From positions 620,001-684,000 of the forward strand of contig LSRY02000022.1 of NCBI GenBank assembly GCA_001643675.2: DNA of 64,000 nt, in the 5' to 3' direction. A program made the position numbers and the translations under genes. Below the pieces are notes generated by a model. That model had not been told where the DNA came from, searched no databases, and worked only from the letters and a program-made list of their open reading frames with translations. Below are positions 52,219 to 64,000 of this stretch, piece after piece (the stretch's first letter is position 1; every line of letters starts with the position of its first letter). The DNA is from Monocercomonoides exilis PA203 (lineage: Eukaryota > Protista > Preaxostyla).

Positions 52219-55200
52219 TTAATAGGGGACACCAAAAGAACAATTTTGAGATTCATTAAAAGAAGAAGAGTCAAGAAGAAGCTCAAATCTCCTTGAAAGA
52301 AGATCTTGAGAAGATTGAGAAAGAAGAGAAGAGTTAGATGATGTGATATCAGAGTGAAATGACTTTCTTGATCTTTGAACTTTTTCTTTCATTGTTGAAG
52401 ATTCGAGGGCAACCAGAGAGCGTTGAGGAAGATATCCAACAGCAGATGCGCAGACAAATGAGCCCTTGCGCTCAAAGTATAAATAGTCCTTCATGTGAGG
52501 GACTGACTGTGATGGCCATGAAATTTGCTGAGATGGTACATACTCTTCAAAGAACCTCTCATGCTCAAAGTTATTGACAGATGTTGAAGACGGTGAAGAG
52601 TTCGATGATGATGTTGAGAAAATGTTTGATTGTGAAGTTGAAGAAGCTGATGTCGAAGTGTTCATATTGTTTTCGAAGAAGTTGATCAAATCATGAAGTG
52701 TAGTGATGTGTTCAGTTGAAAGATTGTTGTCGATAGAATTAACTAATGCACCAAATTCACTATCACAGATATTTTTTCCATGGTGCTCAGCGAAGAAGTT
52801 GAGTTGAGTATTTTTCTTTTTGAGAAGTTTCGTTTGTTTGGAGAGGATGAAGTGAAGAAGGAAGCGATTTCGGTTGTGTGGTCCCGAATCGCAGAAGAAC
52901 TTAAAAGTATGAGTGTGTGAGAAGAAGTGTCTATTGATCACAGATTCCAGACACTCAATAACAAATCTGTGATCATTTGAGAGGCAGTCTGAGAAGAAGT
53001 TGAATGTTCTTTTTATTTGTTGATTATTAATTTTTTGAAGTGAGATAATTGTGAATTGAGATACTTGTTGATAATTGAAGAATTCTTGTTAAAGTTGATT
53101 TTTTCTGATAGGGAGTTTCCACTTCTCTTTGAAGTCGAAGACGAAGACTGCTTCTCCCTCTTTCAGATTGTCGACAGAAGATTGATAATGTTTTCGTTGC
53201 ATTTCTGCAACAAGACGATGTTGACGAAGTAATTTAAGTGCATGAAACTCAGCAGAAGAAAGTCCATTTTTGTTTTGTGAAGATTTGAGTTTATTCTCCA
53301 GATAGTTGAGTTTCTCGCACATTCCGCAGAGATCTGTTCGTCTTTTCGCTTTGGAGAAGTTTGTTGTCTGTTTGTAGAAATGGGAAAGAGAAACTTTAAT
53401 GTTTGTTTCTTCTGCAAACTCACTCCACAGTTATGTTTTGGGCTTGAAGATTAATCTCTTTTCATTCGGAGAAAAGATGCCCGTTTTCTTTCTTTTTTCT
53501 TTAAAAGCTTCCAATCCATAGTTTGATGCGATTGATAATGATAGTTGTGGGATGAAAGTTGTTCGATGAGGATGTGCGATGATGACGATGATGATGTTGT
53601 TATTGTTGATGATGATGATGATATGTAATTTGAAGTGGTATAATTTGATTCTGCAGAAGAGGAGGATCCTCCAAATTGAATTGTTGAAAACGTTGGTTTT
53701 GTTTTTTCTTTTGTGTAGAATGAAAGTGAAGGAGTGTAACCTTGAGCATAAAGATCCTTCCATGACTTTGAAAATTTTTGGATATCAGTTCTGTCACATC
53801 AGCTTCATTACAGATATTCCATTTGATATCGTTTCCTCTCTTCCTTTTTACGACAGCAATGTAATTTCCATTTCTTTGATCCAAACGCTTGAAGAGAATT
53901 TGCCCAACGAGATGATATATGATGATTTCCTTTTTGTTCTTTTGCGTATGTTGAACGTTTTCTGTTGAAAACCCTTTGATAAACGATCGCTGGTGAATAC
54001 GATCAGTTTCAATCAGAAGTGTTTTTGAAGGAGCAGAGCAAGCAGAGTCAGTGCATTCGTGACAAAGGGCCAGCACCTCTGGAAATGCAGCCATTTCTTC
54101 CCATCTCTCAGCACAGCATTTCTCTTTGCAATCGTTGCAATATACAGCATTTTTTCCGTTCAGTATCTCAGTCGAAAAGATAGAAGATAGACCTTTATGA
54201 GGAGAGGATGAATTGATGACAACATTGTAACAAATATCATTGAAACGATTTGATATTTTTTTGCATTTTTGGCATTTGAAATGAGTGATTAAAACAGGAT
54301 TGAAAGTGTCCTTGTTTATCAACTCATCTTTATGAAGAAGTTGGTGAAGATTGTCAAACGCCTCAGTGACATTTTGTTGCTGTCTGCTTCTATATCCACA
54401 AAAGTCTTCCCATTTATAAATAAGCGATGGGGCCCACGAACGCACTTTTGTTCCATCAATGAGGATTTGATTACAAATACTCATCATTCGAAAAGATAAT
54501 GTCTTTTTTGACTGTGGCTTTGAAATGATTGTTTGTTTTTGTGAAGTGATTAAAGATATGCATTGAAGAAGAGAAGCCAAATAGCAAGTGTTTCCATGAT
54601 TTTTTTTAAACCTTTCTGAGTTTTTGATGAGGCGATTGCAGCGGTTTTGATACTTGTAGAGGTTGATGGAGAGAATGAACAATTTGAAGGATGAAGATCC
54701 ATTGAGTAATTATTTGAAATGATATTCGAATTATTTTCATGATTTGAATTATAACTTTTATCTGAATGTGTTTTTTGTGGAGTCGGAGAAGTGTCATTCT
54801 CTTCAGAAAATGAAGAAAAGAGATTTTGAAATGCTTGAGGTGGAATAAAAGTGGGTGAAGTGGCATAATCAACTAATTGCTCATTCACAAACACATTATC
54901 ATTCTGAAATAATGAAGAATTAATTTTTTCTTTCAATTTTTTTGTAATTGATATTTGTGAAGAAGTAGTTTTTGATTTGTATATTTTGTGAATAGGAAAT
55001 GGAGATGGAGAAGAGTGACGTTTGTGATTTGAATTTTGATTTTGATTTTTTTGTTGAGCCCCTTTCTCTCCTTATTGGAGTACTGATAGGGGCATCAACA
55101 GCTTGAGAAGGAGAAGAATTTGAAGAAGGAGAATTTTTTTCTGAAATGGTTTTTGAATTTTTATTTCGTTGAGAAAATGTTGAAGAAGAAGAAGATTGTT

Positions 55201-55640
55201 TTTTTTTGAAGAATTGTTTTCTGTGATTATTTCTTCTTCCCAAGCTGCTTCGTCAATAAATCTCTCATAGTATGGCTCTGCTCGCTGCTTTTTCTTTGCA
55301 GATTGAAGCGAAGTTGAAGCTTCAGTTAAATGGGCCAACATCCAGTTGTTGCCCTTTTCCCAGTCCTGTTCATTTAAGCCTAAAATAAACAATGAAAATA
55401 GTTCAAAAAATTTTTAATAAATTCAAACCACTTTTGCAAGAAGGAAGATGAGGTTTTTGAGGCGGGATGATAAATCCTTGGTTCTTTTTGAGCGTTTGCT
55501 TCGCATAAATAAATTTTCCTTCTGTGACATCATATCCATAGTCTTGCAAATCGGATAATGATGTGTTGCGAGACAGGGCTTGCAGCATTGTTGTCTGAGT
55601 GTGCAACGGAGTGTTGTTGTACACCACAGACAGGTCTTCC
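52219..55640 (-). pseudogene. USP(C19)-Sola-like DDD transposase fusion, copy 2 (best preserved)
   Basis: Exon 1 ..PQKPHLPSCKSG, intron 55380-55428, LNEQDWEKGNNWMLAH. USP NHGNTCYLASLLQC, QQQNVTEAF, CQKC/CNDC, GNYIA, WNICNE. Then KAKRRTDLCGMC, FVFDFKEKW, FFCDSGPHNRN, FFAEHHGKNICDSEF. A few frameshifts and an in-frame TAA at 53089. Confidence 0.85.
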
Positions 55641-55689
55641 AGCAGCTTTATATGATATTCTGTTCATGAAAAAAGAAACATAAATATAT

Positions 55690-55929
55690 GTCTAAATTTT
55701 TTTGAAAAGTTCCTTTCGTTTAATTTTCAAATAGAATTATAATTTCATATTTCGATCAAATATCTGTTTCCACTTGCCAAAATTTGCTATTATGAAAATA
55801 AAATCTTGATAATGTTTATTTTTCCATTTCAGCGAAATTTAGTCAGTGGGTACAGAAATTTGATCGAAATATGAAATTTTTGTCTTATTTGAAAATTAAA
55901 CAAAAGGAACTTTTCAAAAAAATTTTGAC
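55690..55929. mobile_element. MITE family A (240 bp)
   Basis: GTCTAAATTTTTTTGAAAAGTTCC...GGAACTTTTCAAAAAAATTTTGAC, flanks ATAT/ATAC. Confidence 0.9.
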
Positions 55930-57336
55930 ATACATAAAGCAGAAAATTATCAAAAACACAATTCATCATTTTTTCAACATAATATTAAAAAATTAAAAAC
56001 CAAACCATTCAAATACTTCAGAAAATCATTAATTGCTGAAGATGATTGCCTGTAAGTGTAAAACAAATTGGCAAGTTATGAATCAACTTCATCACCACCG
56101 ATGCGTTCTATTTCTTTCTAAAGAAATTTAGATCATGAATTAAAAGTTGATTCAGGTTTTATAATACACATATTTTATTTTGAAAGTATTTTCATAATAG
56201 TTAAATGATAATATATATATTTATATATATATATGCTGTTGTTCAAAAATTAAAAAATTTTATCAAATCATTTTTATATTTTAGGGCTTTGAATTAATTC
56301 CAACAAAAATTGACGAGTCAAATATCCAAAGATCTTCCAAAAATAAATAATTCCTATTTATAACTATCCTTCTGAAAATTTCTGAAAATTCAAAACTAAC
56401 ATGAATTTTATCTCCTTTTCCATATTATCAGAAAAAAAAAATTAACATCAAACAACGAAATAATAATTTTTTAAAAAAAATGAAAAAAAAAACATTTAAT
56501 AACAATAAATTAGCATCTCTATCACTATTAAAATATTATTAAAAATAAATAATATATATATGAATATAAAATGTCACAACAAAAGTTAAAGTCGAAATTT
56601 TTGGAATAGTTATATATAAAATAATCATTAATTTTTTCAAAAAGTTGTTTTTTCAATGGTGAAAAATAATAAACAACGAAAATTCATTTCATCGATTGAA
56701 ATTTTATTATTGAGTTTTTTTTTAAAAAAAAAATGTTTCAAAGAATATTCATTATGTAAATTGTTCAATTTGATCTTTTCGATCAATTAAAGATTTTAAT
56801 AACTTGGAAATTTGCAGAAATCGTTTTAATGCTTATTGATCACTTCTTTATAACATATTTACCATTAACAATCAAAAAATAAACATTTATGCAAACTGCA
56901 GATCAACGAAAAATACGAAATTCGAAATGGGTTTATGGTAAGAAAAATAAAATTTGATTATCTTTTGAAAAACTTCTTTTTTTGACGAAATTGATTTATA
57001 CATTACTCTATTCTTAGTTTAATTTTTCTTCTTCTATTCAATTCTTCAAAAGATACATCCAATTCACTTCTCTTCCATTAGACATAAATGATGCTGTTCT
57101 CTCCTTCGCAGCTTCTCGTTAGAAGCAACAGAAGAAAATTTTTTCTCAACCTGTTGGAAAATTTGAATATTTCTTTTCTTCTTCTTCTATTCCACCTCCT
57201 TCCTCTTCTCTCTCTTCCAAGATATTCACACACAATCCTCTTCGATCATGTTGGTTGTAGCAAATCAGCACTGCTTGTGTTGATTCTGGGAGAGACTATC
57301 TGATTGGAGGGGAAGGGATTTTTGAAGGGAAAAGTG

Positions 57337-57734
57337 GGGCATAGGTGTATTTAAGGTTCAATTCCAATCCTTGTTTTTTCTATAAATCATTGTGATAAAT
57401 AAAAAGTACATTTAATAACAAAACATTTGTATGGACTAGAATTTTGAAATTCGTTTTGTTCCTTAAGAAAAATCAATTTTTTAAAATCACCCATAAATCT
57501 GAGTATTTTTTCAAAATTTTGATAAAAATTGATAATTTTGAAACAAAAAGTTGATGAAAGGTCGTTAATTATTATATACACTAACTTTATTTATGATTTT
57601 TTTAAAAATAAAGCATTTAAAAAAATAAATTAAAAAATTCAAATATTTTGATCAATCCCACAATTAAATTTTTAATGTCTAAAAAATTGGAATTTGCTTT
57701 CTTTCGTCAAGAATTGAACCCTCGCTTTCGAACA
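57337..57734. repeat. Left arm of 398-bp inverted repeat
   Basis: Reverse complement of 61857-62254. The identical 64-aa ORFs at 57387-57581(-) and 62010-62204(+) confirm identity. Confidence 0.95.
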
Positions 57735-58064
57735 TATAACAAATCATATATATAAATGTAGTTTAAAAGTATGTGATGAATAATAATCAATATCTCATTC
57801 AAATCTTTATGTTTTTTGATTATGATTTTTAAGCTAATCAATTTTGTGCAGTGGGAGGATATTAATGTTATGAAATGTTGGTAATGAAAATAGAAGCTCT
57901 AACAAGGTGTGCGAAACATTATTTTCAATAATAAACACTGTTACATTAAAATTTTTGACAAAACGAATAAAATACCATTTATTTTCTTCTGGAAAAAATA
58001 GATGTTAAATGATATAGCCGATTTGAGTGAAAATTATGCAAAAAAAGCACAAGGTTAAAAAGAA

Positions 58065-61000
58065 ATGGAGTTCATTGGGATTGTTATTCCATCAAGTTTC
58101 AGTAAAACAATCTCAGCAGTGATTGAATCGAGCACTCAAAATGGCGTGCTACACATGAAGAACTGTGAAATGAGTGTGATTGGAGGGAAGCAAAACACGA
58201 TTGGATATTTCTTGATCAAATCAACAGGAAAAATGATTAAACTGGATTCTGTCACGATTTCAGATGCAAAATCAACGGTTTCATTGTTTTCAATTTCACT
58301 TTCATCAGGAAGTGTGAACGATCAAGAATTTAAAGTGAGGCTGTTGAATTGCACACTGGAAAGATTGGAGATTGATAGCACAGCAGCAGTTGATGGAGAG
58401 GCAGCAGTATTTGGAGGGAATATGGATGTTGGGATGGTGATGAATGGAAGTACAGTTGATGGGGCAATTTCGAAGAAGAGTGAAGAAGGAGGAGCACTGA
58501 AGATAGCATTGAATGAAGGAGGATACATTGCAATTCAAGAGAGTTCATTCACTGGATGTGTTTGTGAGAATGAGAACAATGGAGGAAAAGGAGGAGGGAT
58601 ATATCTGGATTGCAGTTCAAATAAAGAAGCATTTCAGCTTTCATCGATATAATTTTCAGGATGCTCAGCAACAGTTGGGAAGAACATGATTGTGAAGAGC
58701 AGAAATCTGGTGAACAGTGTGAATATAGAGCGTTTTGCATTTGATTGCTCAGAATACAAGGATGATGGGAATGCATTTGTTGGGGAAGATGGAAAATATG
58801 AAGAAATGGGACTTCAAGTGTTTCTTGTTTCTCTGAAGTGGGTGGTTGTGTCTGTGTCGAATGGTGGGTTTGACACATTTGGGTGTGGAAGTTATGCGTT
58901 TTTTTGTCATTCGATATATCATGGCCTGGCGCATCATACATCAAAATCTGTTCTTCTGATGTTCATTGCGGCAATGAGCGCAATTGAGGAAGAGATTAAT
59001 TTGAAGGAAATGAGTTTGAGCTCGAAGAGCAGAGAAACGTGTGAAGTTGAAGTGAAATCAGAGATAACAAGTGAAAATAATTCTTTGATTTCAACAGCAG
59101 GAACAGTTTCATTGATGAGAGTGAACTTTGTGTTTGATTCGAATTTCATCTCTCAACATGGATCACTGATGTAGCCAGAAAGAGGGATTCTTGAAATTAT
59201 GAATTATTCGTTCAGTTCAAAACAATCGGCTGGAGAAGGAAGTATAGAATTAGCAAGCATTCCATTTCACATTATAAATATGGAAAAAGGAGAATTACAA
59301 CTTGAGGGATGCACAATATCAAATCTCATTCTTCATAAATCAGCGTTATATACTTCATCTTCACTTTCATCAGTCATCGATTCATTAAAGATTTGTAATT
59401 CGACAATTGAAACTTCTTTGATAGATATTAATGAATGCGGACAATTAACAATCAAGGATTTCAATACAGAAAATATCACAGTTGATGGAAATGAAGAATC
59501 ATTGATATCTTGCTTAGCAATGAAAAAGACAATTCAATTGGCAAATTGCACAATAGGCGGAGTCAGTTCAAAGACCACAAAAGGGAAATTGATGAAATTG
59601 GAGGATTGTTTGGATGTGAAAATGGACAGTTGCATTTTCGATGGGAGTTCAAAGGAAAGAAATGAGCAATATTTGAACGAGGAAGAAGAGATGTGCAGCT
59701 GGGATGGATCTCTTGTGGATGTAGTGAAGAGTTCAGTTTTGATGAAAGATACAACAATCTCGAATTCAGCTGAAGGTGGAATAACAATGAAGGGAGGAAA
59801 TGTGATAATTGAGAAAGGAGAGTTTATGAACAATAATCCATCAATTGAAGGATATCCATCACTGAGAAGAAATATAATCTGTTCAGATTCAGGAGCATTG
59901 AATGTGATGAGTTTGAAAGGAGGAGATGGTTGGAAGGATAACACATCACTTTGGATTTTGAATGAAGGATGTGCATTTGAAGGGATTGCTTCAGAAAGGG
60001 ATTCATCATTCTTCATTCCAGTTCTGGAAAGCGTTGAAGCAAAAGAAGAGACAGATAGAACGAAACTGATATTCAAAGGAATGCTTCTTGTTCCATGCAA
60101 TCTGTCATTTTCAATTGTGAAGAGGAAAGGAGGAGAGAAAGAGATTGAAAAACATGATTTTGATTCAAATGGATTCTTGTCAGAAAGAGAAGTCGAAGGG
60201 AGTGTGGGAAAAGATCTCATCAGCTGTTGTGGAGATGAAATCGAGGTGAGTGTGCATATTTTGTTTGGGAATGCAGAGAATCCTTCATCAACATATTCAT
60301 TCATTCTGAAGAACAAAAGTGAGATTGAACCAAAGGGGGATGAAATAATATCAAAAGGGGAAGAACAAACTGAACGGAGTTTGTTTGCCTTCATTGGGTG
60401 CATTATTGTTCTGGTGATTTTTGTTGGTTTGTTTGTTGTGGTGGTTGTGTTTCTGCGAAAGAAACTGAAAGAATCAGAAGAGAAAGTTGAGAAAGAGAGA
60501 TTAGAAAACGAGGAGATAATGGGGAAGATTGAGAGGAGGAGAAGAGAAGGGAATGAAGGGAGCTTTGAGATGAGTGAAATGCCATCGACATTGCTGGAAG
60601 GGATGACAAGCCAGATTCCACTTCTCATTGACAACGATGAAGAAGATCTTCCAGAGCCTCCTTCAATGACTGATGGAGAGCTGAATGAGAATGATCTTCC
60701 AGATTTGGAATCTCCATTTCCATTTTCCGAGAATGCTTCTGTTTCATTGGTACCTCAATCTCATCCACTCAATGTAATATCAGCAAAGAAGCCATTTAGA
60801 GAAAAGGAGAAAAAGAACATCAAAACATTGCATTCTGTGATTCATTCAGTGCAAGGTGATTTCACGCTGGGAACAAGATCGATGGATGTCATTGATGGGA
60901 AGGAAGTGGTAAAAGTAGTGGCAGAGCTATTTGAGCATTTGATATCAGTTGGAGATGAAAGAGTGGAAATGATGGGGAAACAATTGTGCCCATATTCAAT

Positions 61001-61385
61001 CTTTGTTGAGGAAGGAAATGATGAAATATTTGTTTTGACAGAGGAATTGGAAGATGAAAAGGAGAAGAAAGAAATGAAGCGATGGAAGGCACCAGAAGAA
61101 GGAAATGAAGATGATGGAATAGAAAAGGCAGTTGTTTTCACACTTGGACTGATTCTGCATGAGATGACAACCGGGGAAGTGCCATTGAGTGAATGTGAGG
61201 CAGAAGAAGCGCAGGAGATGATGAAGGATGGGGTGCGACCTTTGACAGAAGGAATCGAAGGAGAAGATCTTATTGAGCTGATGGAGAAGATGTGGGGAGA
61301 TGAGCCAAATGGCAGACCCACTTTGGCGGAAGTGATTCAATTGTTGACGGAAATGATATCAAACTCTTTTTCTAACGACTATTGA
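58065..61385 (+). pseudogene. 5'-truncated large single-pass membrane protein with C-terminal kinase-like domain (expanded host family)
   Basis: Three ORFs in one frame, separated by TAA (58650) and TAG (59172). Ectodomain with GGKGGGIYL; TM SLFAFIGCIIVLVIFVGLFVVVVVFLRKK; C-lobe motifs RWKAPE, VVFTLGLILHEMTTGEVPL, RPTL. No N-terminal signal peptide. Confidence 0.8.
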
Positions 61386-61856
61386 TAGTTTAATCAATTC
61401 ACCAATTGTTGAGAATTTTGAATGATATTTGTTTTTCAATTTTTTGAAATTTTTATGAAAGTTTTGCTGTTTAATTTTATCTATCAATAAATCAAAGTTT
61501 ATAACATCTTTTAAAAAATTGCAGTTGATGATCACTGCGTATGAAATACAGATGAGTGAATGTTAACACTATTTTTTCATTTCTCTTGAAAATTGAACAA
61601 ACGAATTACGAAATGATTTGTGAAATGAAAAAACAACTGCATAAAGTTCTGTTAACGAATAAAATGAGATTTTTTTCATTTAAATAACATTATAAATATG
61701 TATATAACAATATACAAAAACACTATTGATAAACATTTTTTATATTTCATTTATTACTTAAATATGATTTGATTATAAACATCAAAGAATAAATAAAATA
61801 TTAAATATCATTCGCTGCATCCTTTAACATTATATCCATACATTCAAATTGTTTTC

Positions 61857-62254
61857 TGTTCGAAAGCGAGGGTTCAATTCTTGACGAAAGAAAGCAAATT
61901 CCAATTTTTTAGACATTAAAAATTTAATTGTGGGATTGATCAAAATATTTGAATTTTTTAATTTATTTTTTTAAATGCTTTATTTTTAAAAAAATCATAA
62001 ATAAAGTTAGTGTATATAATAATTAACGACCTTTCATCAACTTTTTGTTTCAAAATTATCAATTTTTATCAAAATTTTGAAAAAATACTCAGATTTATGG
62101 GTGATTTTAAAAAATTGATTTTTCTTAAGGAACAAAACGAATTTCAAAATTCTAGTCCATACAAATGTTTTGTTATTAAATGTACTTTTTATTTATCACA
62201 ATGATTTATAGAAAAAACAAGGATTGGAATTGAACCTTAAATACACCTATGCCC
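61857..62254. repeat. Right arm of 398-bp inverted repeat
   Basis: Reverse complement of 57337-57734. Confidence 0.95.
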
Positions 62255-63157
62255 TTTATTTTCATCTTCCTTCCTTTCTTCTTCTCAGTGTGAGCTGAGA
62301 TATCTAAAGAAGAGCAATAAAATGCTGTGTCTTCGGATCGTTTTCTTTCATAAAAGCGTCTGAGAAGCTTTAAACAGTCGGCAAATTCGGTTGTGAAGAT
62401 AAGTGGATGAACATCAATTATGGAACAGTGGAGATTGAAATCTCTCGTTGCAAAAGTTGTTGTTGCGAAGTGTGACAATTCTCCAGTGTATAGAGAAAGA
62501 AGCAGAAATGAAGTAGGAATTGAAAGGAGCAAAGGGAGATGAAGTGGAGGAAGAGGGGGATAAAAGAACTTGAAGTGAAATAAAAAGAAATGAAAGAGGA
62601 GAAGGAGAAGGAAGAAGATTTGGTTTTGGAAACGGGCGCAGAGGATGCTGATAAAGAAGAGGATACAGCAGAAAAAGAAGGAAGGAAGAAATGCAGATTG
62701 GGATAAAGGAAAATGAAATAGAACATACATCATTTGTTGGAAAATGACACTTTTTCTAATTGATTCAACTCTAAATAAGCTTTATCATTCATGTGTTGTG
62801 TAAATTATTATTTTCATAAACAAAATTCAAAAGCATCAATTTAAAATTAGCGAAAATGACAATAGCTTGCTTATTAAGAACACTGATACTAAGTGAATTT
62901 GAAATTTGAATATTCAAATATTAAAGTGCCGCTCAGAAAACTTGTAAATTCTTTTTTGATAAAAAGAATAAGCAAAGTGATGCACAACAAACAAAAACCA
63001 AAAATTCGATGTATGAAACAAAAAGAAATGTGATGACGTTCTAAACAAAACATTGTTTGGAGAAATTCACTCAAAATAATAAATGAAAATATTGAAGTTG
63101 ATTTGACAAAAATGCTTTTTCTGCAAAAAAAATTATCACCTTCATTTTATTCACTCT

Positions 63158-63900
63158 TCAATCTCTGAACTTCCCAACAAGTTCCGTGGCATTCGCAGTT
63201 GAGCGTTGCTTGTCATCCAATGTGGTGTCCTTCAGGTCAATTGCATTTGTAATCTTCACCAACGCTTCCCTTCCACCAAAGCACCCAACAAACTCTCGAC
63301 GCAGCTTTCTCAACATCGTCCGTTTTCCTACCGCTTCCAATAGGTTCTCACGAACACCATTCTCGTATGAATTCCCACTCAACCTTCTCAGGTCAGGACT
63401 TTCTCCATTCACAATCTTCTACACTGCCACCTCAGCCTCGTATTCCCCAAATGGTATCTGAAGCGTCATGCACTCTCACGCCATCATCCTTATGGAAAAC
63501 TCCACCGTCTTCTTTGTCGCGTGCCCCTTTGCACCATTTAGCAGCTCTGACGCATTCCACCGTATGCTCTTCTTCCAGAGATCATCTTCGTGCTCAAACA
63601 TTGATGAAAGAGAACGTGATTTTGTGAATTTTAAATCTTCACGGAAATATCAGAAGAATATGTGAAAACGGAGAAGATTGAAGAGATAAACGAAGTATCA
63701 GAGTCAAATAAGCTGTCTAAGTGGAGTGTAATTCAGATTACCATTTACTCCGACAATGGCGCAATCAGCGGACAGAGAGATGTTAGATTGGAGTTTGCCT
63801 TTCATTTCGCAAAAGCAGTGAAGCACGAGATTGTCAAACTTGAACATGATATATGCAGCTGTTTGTTCTCTTTCTTGTTATGATCCAATATCCATTTCTT
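63158..63900 (-). pseudogene. Kinase-like C-terminal fragment of host membrane-protein family
   Basis: SIRWNASELLNGAKGHATKKTVEFSIRMMA*ECMTLQIPFGEYEAEVAV*KIVNGESP. Homologous to 61075-61260; contains stops. Confidence 0.7.
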
Positions 63901-64000
63901 TCTTCTGGTTCTTTCCACAAAGCAGTTTTTACAGATTAAATTTTTGATCAATAAATCATAATTAAATAAACAATTTTTCATATCATAACAAAAGATTAAA

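Noticed and set aside
57336-57370. tRNA gene (GGGGCATAG...GGTTCAATTCC)
   Set aside because: Too short between the 5' stem and T-loop; no anticodon arm or matching acceptor strand.
58650-59174. In-frame TAA/TAG read as Gln (Streblomastix-type code)
   Set aside because: The following 728-codon ORF encodes all its Gln without any TAR. Other relics contain TGA stops and frameshifts as well. Point nonsense mutations (e.g. TCG>TAG) are the simpler explanation.
59534-61340. Long minus-strand ORFs (366 aa, 159 aa and others)
   Set aside because: Antisense shadows of the purine-biased plus-strand gene. The same applies to most short Phe/Ile/Lys-rich ORFs in the track.

Overview
Very AT-rich eukaryotic DNA with short GT-AG introns and the standard genetic code. 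The host-type gene fragments match, from memory, the expanded membrane-protein/pseudokinase families of the oxymonad Monocercomonoides; this is an inference, not a search result. The window is a transposon graveyard with no clearly intact gene. It holds three DIRS-like retrotransposon remnants; decayed Merlin, pogo/Fot (DD35D), mariner and hAT transposases; over a dozen 240-400 bp MITEs; two large near-perfect inverted repeats; and several host pseudogene fragments. The most unusual system is a Sola-like (DDD) DNA transposon whose long reading frame carries a ubiquitin-specific protease (USP/peptidase C19) domain. It is present as four diverged copies, two of them still linked to the transposase. 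It has a conserved 49-nt intron. Both transposase-bearing copies have a GC-rich stem-loop element with shared motifs just downstream of the stop codon. Abundant MITEs, mostly with GGG...CCC ends and 4-bp TSDs, look like its non-autonomous partners.
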